Of a stretch of 64,000 nucleotides of DNA, positions 10,857 to 21,033 are shown piece by piece. Source of the DNA: Patescibacteria group bacterium. Its GTDB lineage: Bacteria; Patescibacteriota; Patescibacteriia; GWA2-46-9. The notes under the pieces were generated by a model. That model did not search any database, was not told the DNA's origin, and was given only the letters and a program-made list of their open reading frames with translations. Where the stretch lies: positions 24,356 through 88,355 of the forward strand of contig JBAZXG010000002.1 in NCBI GenBank assembly GCA_041660005.1, written 5' to 3'. Numbering within the stretch: position 1 is the first letter of the stretch; every line of letters starts with the position of its first letter. Position numbers and translations under genes: made by a program.

Positions 10857-10860
10857 AGAT

Positions 10861-11030
10861 AAATGGTATTAACCCCAGGGCAAAGCCCTTGACTCCTCAA
10901 TCCGCCAGTTGGCGGATTGATAGAGGTAGCGCGGCAAGGCCGCGGGGTATTAAACCCTTTGATGCCTGCGTCGCTCGAAAATGCACATTGCTACGTGCAC
11001 TTTACTCGCTATCCTCAGCAATAAAATCTG
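10861..11030. repeat. Palindrome-rich intergenic element
   Basis: aaatggtattaacccca matches 101-117 in reverse; hairpins tcaatccgccagttggcggattga and tgcac..gtgca. Confidence 0.55.
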
Positions 11031-11144
11031 ATGTCTTTAACTCGCTTATTTTAGCACAAAATTGCGGTCTGTGAAAGTCGTAAAATTTGGATTTATTTGG
11101 GGGAGGTGCCGGCGCGGGAAACGTCGACACCACCCCCAAAGGTC

Positions 11145-11516
11145 TTACTCGATGCTCTCGCTCTGGGCGAGCTCCTCGAGCGCGGCTCGACGAATCGGGT
11201 CTTCGCCCATTTGATGGAGCGCCGCGAGGAACTCCTCAAAAGTGGGCTTCAGCCACGAGACGAGAACTTTGAGACTGGTCCGCTTCTCGTTGGTCTTGGC
11301 GATCCAACCGCCGGTCCTTACAAACTCGCGCTCGATCCTGGATCGAGCCTCATCTTCGGTCATCTGCCCGAGGCATCGGGTGAGTAGGCCTTCTGCGGTG
11401 ACGGCATGAAGGCAATAACCTCCTCCACAACCCCGACGCTTCTGGTAAATGAACCGAACACTGCCGATGTTGACCGGCGTTACAGCCACTGCGGCTGCTT
11501 CTGCATTTCTTACCAT
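11145..11516 (-). CDS. Hypothetical protein
   Basis: 123 aa, GAGGAG SD, GC-rich coding style. Confidence 0.5.
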   Translation of the reverse strand: MVRNAEAAAVAVTPVNIGSVRFIYQKRRGCGGGYCLHAVTAEGLLTRCLGQMTEDEARSRIEREFVRTGGWIAKTNEKRTSLKVLVSWLKPTFEEFLAALHQMGEDPIRRAALEELAQSESIE

Positions 11517-11684
11517 TCAGAGACTCCTCTTCCTCTTTATCCTCTTATCCGAACTGACTTGGGATGCTTGCTTGTGCGGCAAGCTGCGACCCTCCTTCCC
11601 AATTAGAATGCACAGACTCTACAATAAAACACATAAAAAAGCAAGCCTGCCGAGACGTCGGGACTTTCTTTCGTGGTGAACGAA

Positions 11685-11718
11685 GTCAATTACCCCGCCC
11701 CAAAGGGGACGGGGTATG
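11685..11718 (+). mobile_element. IS200/IS605-like terminal hairpin (orphan end)
   Basis: gtcaattaccccgccccaaaggggacggggtatg: GTCAA followed by an imperfect hairpin; no transposase nearby. Confidence 0.45.
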
Positions 11719-11742
11719 CGCCTGAATGCTATCACTCCCTTT

Positions 11743-12417
11743 TTACAAATTTCGTTCAATCAAACGAACTAACTCTGGATTTCGAGCGACAAACTTCTGC
11801 ACGAGCATATGAAAAAAACCTCGCGTTGCGGCTTCCTTTCTTAAATACAGTAACCCAAATAATGCCGTTAGCATGGCACCAAGAAAATCATTGATGATGT
11901 CCCACATGGTGTCTCGTAAACTACCATGTTGCATCATCGAACCAATCACACTATCGGTAGAGAATTCAAATATTTCCCAAAGCGCACCAATAGCCAACCC
12001 GAAAGTGCAGGAAAAAATTGCGATGAGGTACGGTTTTGCTATCAGCCGGCCAGAAACCCATAAGGTATAAAGAATAATAAAGCCGGCGAAACCGAAGAAG
12101 ACACCAGACAGCGAGTGCAGTAGCACATCCCACCACCAAAACCGCGCGTAAAAATTTGCCCCGTCGCCAAGAAAAGTAGCGGCGTATACAAAACCAATAA
12201 GCCCTAATTCAAATTCAATAGGTAAGTGGATGCGAACATTTCGGCTGATAAATGCCGGCAGCAAGGTAAGGAAATAGGCCAGCGAAGAAATGAAAAGAAT
12301 GTGCCAGTACCCTCGCCACAATGTATAGCCAATGGCGATTACTAGGGAGGTTTGCAAGATGAGCGACAGAATATATTGAATGCGCTCGGCGACGGTCAAT
12401 TGGTTATGGTATTGCAT
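11743..12417 (-). CDS. Inner membrane protein (YjdF/DUF2238-like)
   Basis: WWDVLLH, WEIFEF, DTMWDI motifs; multiple TMs. Confidence 0.7.
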   Translation of the reverse strand: MQYHNQLTVAERIQYILSLILQTSLVIAIGYTLWRGYWHILFISSLAYFLTLLPAFISRNVRIHLPIEFELGLIGFVYAATFLGDGANFYARFWWWDVLLHSLSGVFFGFAGFIILYTLWVSGRLIAKPYLIAIFSCTFGLAIGALWEIFEFSTDSVIGSMMQHGSLRDTMWDIINDFLGAMLTALFGLLYLRKEAATRGFFHMLVQKFVARNPELVRLIERNL

Positions 12418-12797
12418 AGGAAGATACATTATACATTCCAACAACCTTAAAATGAAAGCGTAGCAAGGCGCGGCTAGTTACCACAACACCCAAGGAACCT
12501 GCGAGTGAAAAAATTATGAGTACGTCGGCCGTAGAATCCCGACGCCATCATTGTTAATACGTCAATGAATCGGGATCCCGACTTCTCGTCGGGACTTCTG
12601 GGTAGCTTTCCTGTTTCTACTATTTGCAATATGCTATTTGCTATTCCTGTTTTCCTTAACGTCTTGCTCGCGAGTGAAAAAATTATGAGTACGTCGGCCG
12701 TAGAACTTTGTTCGCTGACGCACGGAATAATTTTTGAACGACCTCATGCTGAGGGAAAGGAATATTAAGGAAAACCGGGCGGTTTTCCTTAAAGTCT

Positions 12798-12930
12798 TGC
12801 CGGAGGAGGGACTCCGCTTCGCTAGAACCCTCGTCGCTACGCTCCTCTCTGACACCTTGCGGTTTCAGTACTTCCACTGCGGGAAACCTCCCGGTTTCCC
12901 GACCCCATCCCCGGGTTCGAGTCCTGCTCC
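12798..12930. repeat. tRNA-end module, family B (Leu copy)
   Basis: tgccggaggagggactc duplicates the tRNA-Leu 3' part; gggaaac..gtttccc hairpin; ends gggttcgagtcc. Confidence 0.8.
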
Positions 12931-12970
12931 AAATACCAAAAAGTCCCCGACGAAATCGTCAGGGACTTTT

Positions 12971-13057
12971 TGGTGCCGGAGGAGGGACTCGAACCCTCAA
13001 GCCCTTGCGGGCACAGGGTCCTAAACCCTGCGTGTATACCAGTTCCACCACCCCGGC
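12971..13057 (-). tRNA. tRNA-Leu(TAG)
   Basis: Long variable arm, anticodon arm CAGGG-TTTAGGA-CCCTG, encoded CCA. Confidence 0.95.
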
Positions 13058-13154
13058 TCACGAAGCATCAGTATATCCTGACGCTCAAAAGACGACAATT
13101 ATTTTTCGTTATTAAAAAAGTGTATACTGAAAAGATTAATTTTTTAACAAAACT

Positions 13155-16046
13155 ATGGGCAGAGCAACGCTTTTTGTTCCGATCACCGTTCTTTTTGTTT
13201 CGCTTTTCGTTTCAGGACCAACCAGAGCAGCAGCCGTTGACCACATTGTTATTTCAAAAATACAAACCGCAGGGGTGAGCACCAAAGATGAATTTATCGA
13301 TCTCTACAACCCTACTGACGCTCCTGTTTCGCTTATTGGCTGGCGACTTAGCAAACAAACAGCAAGCGGCACCTCTTCAAACCTCCTCACCACCTTTCCC
13401 GACATAACACTGGCATCGCACGCAACTCTGCGAATTGCGCACCCAGACTACGCAGGGAGTACTCCTGCTGACGCAACTTATACAACACAAAACTCCATTG
13501 CGGCAGACAACACCGTTACGCTCTATGGCGACGCTGGCATCACCATTATTGACCGCGTCGGTTTTGGCAGCGCTACCATATATGAAGGCGCTGCAACCGT
13601 AAACCCTACGGACGGAGCACAAATTGAACGCCACTTTGTAAACGGAGCAATAGTTGACACTGACAATAATGCAGCGGACTTTGAACTTTCTACCACCGCA
13701 CCACCCGAAACTCAACCAACCCCCGAACCAGCGCCGACTTTGAACGGGAGTCCAGCAAACACCTCCGGTGGGAGCGGCATGCCAATAGTTGACGTAGGAA
13801 CGGTGCGCATCAATGAATTTGTGTCTGACCCGGCAGACAATGATGTTGAATGGATCGAGCTCTACAACACTAGGACCACTGATGTACCCATTGATGGTTG
13901 GACCATAGAAGACGGCTCAGGACAGGCAACGAAACTGTCTGGAATAATTTCGGCGAACGGATTTTTTATCGTAAGCCAACCCAAAGGTCAACTCAATAAT
14001 AGTGGTGACGCCATCACCCTCAAAGCCACATCCGGGAACATTGTTGACGCTATTGCTTACGGGGACTGGAAAAATAATAAAGACAACGCACCGAGCGCCA
14101 ACGACCCGAATGCAGTGGCGCGATCAAAAGATGGCCTCTCAACTGGCAACGATGCAGTAGATTTTGCTCTTACCACAACTCCAACGAAAGGGGTCAGTAA
14201 TACCATTGGATCACCATCAGCAACAACACCAACGGAGACAACAGCAACGGGTTTGATATTAAACGAACTATTCCCGAATCCACTTGGTAGTGATGAGGGA
14301 GAATTCGTTGAGCTCCTGAACACCGCGACAAAACCCATTGACGTTGCGGGCTGGGAACTGGCAACCGCAGACGGACAGCACTATTGGATAGAGCAAGCTG
14401 ATTTTGCCGCTACACTACTCCAACCAAACACGTATTTTATTATCCCAAAAACAATATCGGGGCTCACTATGAAAAACCAGGGCGGAGACATGGTGCGCCT
14501 CATTGCTCCCGGCAAAACCCGGGCAAGCGACACCGCACCGTATAGTGAAGATGCGCTTGAAAATGAAAGTTATAGTTTGACGTCAAATGGCTGGCTCTGG
14601 AGTAAAAATCCAACTCCTGGGGCAAGTAACAGTGTTGTTCAAAAAGACAAACCGCCAGTACCTATCCTGTATGTACCAAGAGAAGCGGCACTTTTTGAAG
14701 CGGTGGTGCTGAGCGCTGAAGACAGTTTTGATCCAGAACGTGAACCACTGACGTACGCTTGGTCTCTAGGAGACGGCTCGAATGCCACGGGCGAAATCGT
14801 CGTGTACACCTTTCCGCACGCTGGCGTTTTTCCAATTACGCTTACCGTGAGCGATGACCATGATAACCAACAAAAAATAGAACGAAATATTGCCATCGGC
14901 ACTATAACCACTTCCACTGGACGAGTCGCTGGCGCGCATGCAAGCACTACTGCGGTTAAAATAAACGAACTTTTGCCAAACCCCAATACAAATGAAGACG
15001 AATGGATAGAGCTCTACAACGACAGCATGGTCGATGTTTCTCTCGCTGGATGGAGTATAGAAGACGCGAGCAGTAAGCGCTTCACTTTTTCAAGTAATGC
15101 TACAATGCCTGCTTTTTCCTATTTAGTCATTCCTAAAACCCAAACACACATTGCTTTAAACAACGATAAAGATACGCTAACGCTTTCAACTCCTGAAGGC
15201 GACGAAGCTGATACAGTCAGCTACGCTAAAAGTTTCAGTGGCTCCTCTTTGGCGCGCAACACAGACAGTGGCTGGCAGTGGACAAGCGATCCAACGCCAG
15301 GCAGTGAAAACACCATAGAAGCAACCGCAAACATACTGACCGCCGGCAACCTGACGGTTGCAGGAACCGTACTTGCAGAACCAGGAACGATTGGCGCGCA
15401 CACGCTGTACCTCGCGCGCATTGGCGCAAGCAGCGGCATAGAGCAACTGCGCGTAGATCTTGACCCCAGCATTGAAACATCCTTTGAACGGGGGGACGAA
15501 TTTCAAATGAGCGGGACACTGCGTACCGTCGCCAGTGAACCACGATTACAAGTTACCGACGAAGCCGCAATTTCCTTGATTGGTCACGACGAAACGTCCA
15601 TAGTACCCATATCCTACACAGCTGATGCCACAAAACTCGGCGTCCTCATGAGTGCGAGTGGAACCGTCGGCAAAGGAAACAGTAATGGCTTCATCTTAGA
15701 GCTGCCCCAAGACGAAACGGTACGCATCATTATGCCAATCGGCGTAACACCAAAGCGTCCGTATGCTATCGGCAGTTCTCTCACGGTAAATGGCATACTC
15801 AGCACAACAAGCGCAGGCTTCCGGCTTCTGGTACGCGACGCCAATGATCTCATCCCTGAAACACCGGCACCAGCAGCGACACTAACCTCAAGCGTTCCAA
15901 CGACCACAGCGAAACCGTGGTCAGAAAATTATCTCATGGTAAGTGCACTGGGATGCTTGTTCATTGCGGGTGCTCTTGCCTACCGTTGGTGGCGCAGCTC
16001 TCCCGCATTGCCATTCGACATCATCGACGAAGAAGAAACAGTCTAA
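13155..16046 (+). CDS. Surface protein with four lamin-tail domains, a PKD domain, OB-like region and C-terminal TM anchor
   Basis: Signal peptide; repeated INE..P(N)P...EW/FIELYN..GW motif; YAWSLGDG PKD motif; C-terminal TM followed by RWWR. Confidence 0.85.
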   Translation: MGRATLFVPITVLFVSLFVSGPTRAAAVDHIVISKIQTAGVSTKDEFIDLYNPTDAPVSLIGWRLSKQTASGTSSNLLTTFPDITLASHATLRIAHPDYAGSTPADATYTTQNSIAADNTVTLYGDAGITIIDRVGFGSATIYEGAATVNPTDGAQIERHFVNGAIVDTDNNAADFELSTTAPPETQPTPEPAPTLNGSPANTSGGSGMPIVDVGTVRINEFVSDPADNDVEWIELYNTRTTDVPIDGWTIEDGSGQATKLSGIISANGFFIVSQPKGQLNNSGDAITLKATSGNIVDAIAYGDWKNNKDNAPSANDPNAVARSKDGLSTGNDAVDFALTTTPTKGVSNTIGSPSATTPTETTATGLILNELFPNPLGSDEGEFVELLNTATKPIDVAGWELATADGQHYWIEQADFAATLLQPNTYFIIPKTISGLTMKNQGGDMVRLIAPGKTRASDTAPYSEDALENESYSLTSNGWLWSKNPTPGASNSVVQKDKPPVPILYVPREAALFEAVVLSAEDSFDPEREPLTYAWSLGDGSNATGEIVVYTFPHAGVFPITLTVSDDHDNQQKIERNIAIGTITTSTGRVAGAHASTTAVKINELLPNPNTNEDEWIELYNDSMVDVSLAGWSIEDASSKRFTFSSNATMPAFSYLVIPKTQTHIALNNDKDTLTLSTPEGDEADTVSYAKSFSGSSLARNTDSGWQWTSDPTPGSENTIEATANILTAGNLTVAGTVLAEPGTIGAHTLYLARIGASSGIEQLRVDLDPSIETSFERGDEFQMSGTLRTVASEPRLQVTDEAAISLIGHDETSIVPISYTADATKLGVLMSASGTVGKGNSNGFILELPQDETVRIIMPIGVTPKRPYAIGSSLTVNGILSTTSAGFRLLVRDANDLIPETPAPAATLTSSVPTTTAKPWSENYLMVSALGCLFIAGALAYRWWRSSPALPFDIIDEEETV

Positions 16047-16085
16047 CCTAGCTTCACGTAGGCAAAATTTGGTACACTACAAAGT

Positions 16086-16946
16086 ATGCAACGGATCACA
16101 AAAGCAGTTATACCGGCGGCTGGGTTTGGCACCCGGTTCCTCCCGGCCACAAAAGCCCAACCGAAAGAAATGCTGACGCTCGTGGATAAACCGGTCATCC
16201 AATACGTTGTGGAAGAAGCGGTTGCTTCAGGCATTAAAGACATTATTATCATTACCGGACAGAGTAAGCGTGCCATAGAAGACCACTTCGACCGTAACCT
16301 AGAGCTTGAATCACGTCTGCGCCGGGAAGGTAAGCGCCGCGCTTTGAAAGAAATTCAGCGCCTGGCTCACCTTGCCAACTTTATCTATATTCGTCAGCCC
16401 GAACCTTTGGGTGACGGACACGCAGTACTCGAGGCCTACAGTCTTTTGAAAAACGAACCGTTCGCCATGCTCTATGGCGACGAAATCATTCAGAGTGATT
16501 CTCCGTGCCTCGCAGAAGTGATTAAAGTGTATGAAGAATTTTTGGCGCCTGTGATTACGGTCACCAAAGTGCCGCGTGATCACGTAACGCGCTTTGGTAT
16601 CATTGGTGGTGAGCAAATTCGCCCAAACCTGCATCGCGTAACGAAATTTATCGAAAAACCATCGCTTGCTAACGCACCGTCCCGTTTGGCTAATATCGGC
16701 AGAGCCATTATCACGCCTGGCCTTTTGAAAGTTCTGCGCGGCATTAAAGTTAAGCCAGGAAAAGAGCTGCGCGTGGCGGACGCCTTTGAACCCTATCGTA
16801 AAAAACATCCGCTCTATGCCTACACGCACAGCGGTACGCGACTTGATTGCGGTGACCAAATTGGATTTTTAAAAGCGACGGTCGAAATGGGGCTCATGCA
16901 CGCCGAACTGAAAGCACCGTTTCGCCAATATCTTAAAAAAGTATGA
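16086..16946 (+). CDS. galU: UTP-glucose-1-phosphate uridylyltransferase
   Basis: KAVIPAAGFGTRFLPATKAQPKEML, EDHFD, RQPEPLGDGHAV. Confidence 0.92.
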   Translation: MQRITKAVIPAAGFGTRFLPATKAQPKEMLTLVDKPVIQYVVEEAVASGIKDIIIITGQSKRAIEDHFDRNLELESRLRREGKRRALKEIQRLAHLANFIYIRQPEPLGDGHAVLEAYSLLKNEPFAMLYGDEIIQSDSPCLAEVIKVYEEFLAPVITVTKVPRDHVTRFGIIGGEQIRPNLHRVTKFIEKPSLANAPSRLANIGRAIITPGLLKVLRGIKVKPGKELRVADAFEPYRKKHPLYAYTHSGTRLDCGDQIGFLKATVEMGLMHAELKAPFRQYLKKV

Positions 16947-18310
16947 TGAAAAGGTTACGCACTCTACTTCCCTTACTGCTTCTGTTGTTGGCGCTCCCTG
17001 CCGTTGGGCTCGGGTGTCAACAACGCACTGCTCCAAAACCAGTGACGTTACAATACTGGCGTGTCTTCGATTCAGAAGACACCATGAAAGACATTATTGC
17101 CGCTTACCATAAATTACACCCCTACGTTAGCATAGAATACAAAAAGCTTCGGTTTGAGGAGTACGAACAGCTGATGCTAGAAGCGCTGGCAGAAGACCGA
17201 GGGCCTGATCTGTTTTCAATCCACAACACCTGGATTGGAAAGTATCAATCAAAAATTGCCCCACTACCAGCAACCACAACCGTTGCCGAAGCAACCACAA
17301 CTGGTGACAACCCCGTCTACGCCACTAAGACAACTGCCACTGCCACGGTATCGAATATCCGCCAGGCATTCATTGATGCGGTTGGTAAAGACGTCATCCG
17401 AAAAGATACTGACAAGAAAGAAAAAATCTACGGTCTTCCTCTGGGCGTTGATACACTGGCACTTTTCTATAACCGCGACATCTTAAATAGCGCCGGTATT
17501 GCAACCCCTCCCGAGGACTGGACGCAATTCCTGGCAGCCGTTTCCCGCATTACAAAACTTAGCGAAGCGGGCCAAATTGTGGTGGCAGGAGCATCGCTCG
17601 GAACTGCCAGCAACGTTCCACGTTTTTCCGATATTCTCTCCCTCCTTATGATGCAAAACGGGGCAAACATGACTGATGATAACGGCTACGCCACGTTTCA
17701 ACTCGTTCCCTCGCAATTCCCTAATAAATCATTTGTACCCGGACTTGAGGCGTTACGCTTCTATACCGACTTTGCGAATCCAACAAAAGAAGCCTATACC
17801 TGGAACAAGGAAATGCCCGATGGTCTTGAGGCGTTCTTGAGTGGACGCACAGCGTTTTTTTTCGGCTACAGCTACCAAATCCCCACTATTCGCTCACGTG
17901 CACCACAGTTGAACTGGGACATTGCTCCTGTACCGCAAGCTGATGCAGTGAACAACCGGGTCAACTTTGCAAATTACTGGATAGAGACTGTTTCAAAGAA
18001 ATCAACGAAACAAGATATCGCTTGGGACTTTTTGCAATTCGCCGCGCGAGCAGAGCAGGACCGCTCGTACCTGGCGGCTTCCGGCAAACCACCCGCACTG
18101 CGCTCACTCATCGACGAACAAAAGGGTGACCCCATGCGCGAACCTTTTGCCTCTGAGCTCCTGACTTCCCGCAGCTGGTACCGTGGCGTTGATCCGGCAG
18201 CAGCTGAGTCAGCTCTTGGTGATCTCATTACCGCAGTTGTTGATGGCACCACCGACTTAAAAAATGCCGTAGGAAACGCCGTGGAACGTATTAACCAAAC
18301 CATTAAGTAG
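16943..18310 (+). CDS. Extracellular solute-binding lipoprotein (family 1)
   Basis: Lipobox LGC; GPDLF, IYGLP..DTLALFYNRD motifs. Confidence 0.85.
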   Translation: MMKRLRTLLPLLLLLLALPAVGLGCQQRTAPKPVTLQYWRVFDSEDTMKDIIAAYHKLHPYVSIEYKKLRFEEYEQLMLEALAEDRGPDLFSIHNTWIGKYQSKIAPLPATTTVAEATTTGDNPVYATKTTATATVSNIRQAFIDAVGKDVIRKDTDKKEKIYGLPLGVDTLALFYNRDILNSAGIATPPEDWTQFLAAVSRITKLSEAGQIVVAGASLGTASNVPRFSDILSLLMMQNGANMTDDNGYATFQLVPSQFPNKSFVPGLEALRFYTDFANPTKEAYTWNKEMPDGLEAFLSGRTAFFFGYSYQIPTIRSRAPQLNWDIAPVPQADAVNNRVNFANYWIETVSKKSTKQDIAWDFLQFAARAEQDRSYLAASGKPPALRSLIDEQKGDPMREPFASELLTSRSWYRGVDPAAAESALGDLITAVVDGTTDLKNAVGNAVERINQTIK

Positions 18311-18315
18311 CTAAT

Positions 18316-18750
18316 ATGCACAAAGTTCGCGGTCATTTTTTGTTCGGTACGGCAATACTCAGTATGCTCATGCTACCAATTTTAGTTAGCGCAGCTGGCC
18401 TTATTCCAGCCAACTGTACCGCGATCGGCGCATCAAACTGTGGCCTGCTTGATTTCCTTCAACTCGGCAACAATATCTATGAGTGGCTCTTTGGTATTCT
18501 CGGCAGCGTAACGCTCGTCATTTTTATGTATGGTGGGCTCGTTTGGCTCACTTCGGCAGGCAATGCGCAGCGCGTCGAGCAGGGAAAAAAAATCTTTGAA
18601 GGCGCGCTCATCGGCTTAGCTCTTATTTTTAGTTCCTGGCTCATTGTGAATTTTGTTGTCACCGCACTAACGGGAGGAGATTTGGAGAAACCAGCTACGA
18701 TCTTCAATCGTCCTGCGCTCGAAGCACCAGCAACACTCCCTACGCAATAG
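18316..18750 (+). CDS. VirB2/TrbC-like pilin 1
   Basis: Signal region plus two TMs joined by YGGLVWLTSAGN..VEQGK. Confidence 0.8.
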   Translation: MHKVRGHFLFGTAILSMLMLPILVSAAGLIPANCTAIGASNCGLLDFLQLGNNIYEWLFGILGSVTLVIFMYGGLVWLTSAGNAQRVEQGKKIFEGALIGLALIFSSWLIVNFVVTALTGGDLEKPATIFNRPALEAPATLPTQ

Positions 18751-18857
18751 GTTCTGCATTGACCTTTTTGTCATTCACCCTTATGCTAATAACAGCAGAA
18801 TTATATCGTAGCTGCCAACCCTTAGCTCCCACCGGGAGATCGAGAGGAGGTGATACC

Positions 18858-19250
18858 ATGAAGAAACAACTCATCAAACGACTCGCAGCAACAGGCGTCG
18901 CCATCGGCATGATGGCGCCTTTGGTTGCTTTTGCTCAGGGCAGTGACCTCAACAACTCCCTTGATCTTAATAACATCGGCAATGAACTCGGTCTCAGCCA
19001 AGAGACGAACGTTAAAATTGTCGTAGCAAGAATTATTCGCGTCCTCCTCGGCTTCCTCGGTATCGTCGCAGTATTAATCGTACTTTACGGCGGATTCCAA
19101 TGGATGACTGCAGCAGGTAACGAAGAACGCGTTTCATCCGCTCGCGCCACTTTAACGGCTGGCCTTATCGGTCTCGTTATTATTTTGAGCGCTTACGCTA
19201 TCGCTAGCTACATCATCACCACGATTCTCGACGTCACTTCGGCAAACTAA
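18858..19250 (+). CDS. VirB2/TrbC-like pilin 2 (probable major subunit)
   Basis: YGGFQWMTAAGNEERV; GGAGGTGA SD; followed by a strong hairpin. Confidence 0.82.
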   Translation: MKKQLIKRLAATGVAIGMMAPLVAFAQGSDLNNSLDLNNIGNELGLSQETNVKIVVARIIRVLLGFLGIVAVLIVLYGGFQWMTAAGNEERVSSARATLTAGLIGLVIILSAYAIASYIITTILDVTSAN

Positions 19251-19277
19251 TAGTTCATTGAGTAACTAGAGAGTTAG

Positions 19278-19312
19278 CTACACCCCTCGCCTTTTTGGGC
19301 AGAGGGGTGTAG
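19278..19312 (+). terminator. Stem-loop after pilin 2
   Basis: ctacacccctc..gaggggtgtag inverted repeat. Confidence 0.65.
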
Positions 19313-19329
19313 TATTATGTACATAAAAC

Positions 19330-19731
19330 ATGTCCTGGTCAGCACGCACAACTCTTCGAGCCCTGTCGCTTACCTTACTGTTGGCTACTGTTTTAGTCGC
19401 CGTACCGATCTTTGCCCAAACGTCAGATCCTTCGTACGGACTTAACAAAACAGCAACAGAAGCTAAACTGAACGTCAGTCAAAATTTAAATCAAGTCATC
19501 GGTGGCATCATTAAAACGACGCTCAGTATTGCGGCCATACTGTTTATGATTACCATCCTTGGTGCCGGTCAAATGTGGTTGGCCTCAGAAGGTAACGAAG
19601 AAAAAATAGAAAAGGCGCGTGGCATTATTTTTAACGCGGCAGTGGGTTTTATGATTACCTTTGGCGCCTACCTCGGCACTGATTTTATATTAAACGCAGT
19701 TTTCTCAGCAGTTGGCATTGGCAGTAAGTAA
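19330..19731 (+). CDS. VirB2/TrbC-like pilin 3
   Basis: AGQMWLASEGNEEKIEKAR. Confidence 0.78.
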   Translation: MSWSARTTLRALSLTLLLATVLVAVPIFAQTSDPSYGLNKTATEAKLNVSQNLNQVIGGIIKTTLSIAAILFMITILGAGQMWLASEGNEEKIEKARGIIFNAAVGFMITFGAYLGTDFILNAVFSAVGIGSK

Positions 19732-20162
19732 TGGAAAATATGAACAAAGGATTCTCTCTCGCATTTGTTACAGTAACTTCGCTCGTTTTTATTATTGCGG
19801 GCATTCAACCGTATGCGGTCAATGCAAGCGGTCCAAGTGGTCTTTCTAACCTCGTTAAAAATAGTTTCCAAGAAGCCGGCAACGCCGCAGGGCTCAAACC
19901 TAGTACTAACGACTTGTCAGTACTTGATCTCTTTGGTCTCTATGTGGCCGTAGCCCTTGGCTTCATTGGGGTTCTATTCCTTGTACAAGTAGTGCATGGC
20001 GGCATTCTATGGATGAGCGCCGGTGGCAATGAAGAACAGATTACGCACGCACGGAAAAAAATTCTAAACGCAGGCATAGGAGCAGCTATTGTTTTTGCCT
20101 GCTTCGTCTTTACCGTTTTCATTATGACGCAAATCGCAACCACGGTTGGGGTACAATTTTAA
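19731..20162 (+). CDS. VirB2/TrbC-like pilin 4
   Basis: GGILWMSAGGNEEQITHAR; TAATG overlap with pilin 3. Confidence 0.78.
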   Translation: MENMNKGFSLAFVTVTSLVFIIAGIQPYAVNASGPSGLSNLVKNSFQEAGNAAGLKPSTNDLSVLDLFGLYVAVALGFIGVLFLVQVVHGGILWMSAGGNEEQITHARKKILNAGIGAAIVFACFVFTVFIMTQIATTVGVQF

Positions 20163-20163
20163 T

Positions 20164-20619
20164 ATGCAAAATTCTTCAAAATTCTTAACAGCGACCGCAC
20201 TCTGCTTGCTGCTCTTTGCCCCACTGGCAACCGCGCAGGCCACCACTGGTTTCCGTTCATCCTGTGACACGAATCAAATTCAAGGGTTTGGCGCAGGGTT
20301 AAGACGTGTGGCATGCGACGCTGGTCTCATATCTTCAGCTGAGGGTGGGGACTCAATCAACGAAGACACTATTATTCAAATTTTTGGGAGTGTTATAAGC
20401 TTGGTTTTTGGCTTTGTTGGAGTTGTCTTTGCGGTTTTGACCATCTATGGTGGCTACCTCTGGATGACGGCTCGCGGCAATGAAGAGCAGGTGCAGCAGT
20501 CGCAAAACTACATTCGTAACTCAGTCATTGGTATCATTATTGTGCTCGCTGCTTTCTCTATCACCCAGTTTATTATTGCGCGTCTTATTTCCGCGGTTTC
20601 CCAAACATCAGTATTATGA
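20164..20619 (+). CDS. VirB2/TrbC-like pilin 5
   Basis: YGGYLWMTARGNEEQV. Confidence 0.8.
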   Translation: MQNSSKFLTATALCLLLFAPLATAQATTGFRSSCDTNQIQGFGAGLRRVACDAGLISSAEGGDSINEDTIIQIFGSVISLVFGFVGVVFAVLTIYGGYLWMTARGNEEQVQQSQNYIRNSVIGIIIVLAAFSITQFIIARLISAVSQTSVL

Positions 20620-21029
20620 AATCACCTTCCTTGTGGAAAAGCATTGTTAACGCAGCAATCTTACTTTCCTTGCCAGCTGCTGCGGCTGCTGACACCAACA
20701 GTTCTTCTGGTTTTGAAGCAGTGCAACATAACCTCGGAGTTCTTCAAACCTTTGTCATTGGCGACCAAACACCGCAAACACCACAAGAGATTATTGCTCG
20801 CGTCATAGGCATTGCCCTTGGCCTCATTGGCATCGTCTTCGTTATTCTCATGATCTACGGTGGATACCTTTGGATGACCGCTCGCGGCAATGAAGAGCAG
20901 GTCAACAAAGCGCGAGATTTAATTATTCAATCAATTATTGGTGCTGTTATTGTCTTTCTCGCCTATTTTGTCACCGCCTTCGTCGTACAACGAGTAGGAG
21001 AAGCGGTCTTTGAACCAATTTTCTATTAA
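20616..21029 (+). CDS. VirB2/TrbC-like pilin 6
   Basis: YGGYLWMTARGNEEQV; ATGA overlap with pilin 5. Confidence 0.8.
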   Translation: MKSPSLWKSIVNAAILLSLPAAAAADTNSSSGFEAVQHNLGVLQTFVIGDQTPQTPQEIIARVIGIALGLIGIVFVILMIYGGYLWMTARGNEEQVNKARDLIIQSIIGAVIVFLAYFVTAFVVQRVGEAVFEPIFY

Positions 21030-21033
21030 TCAT

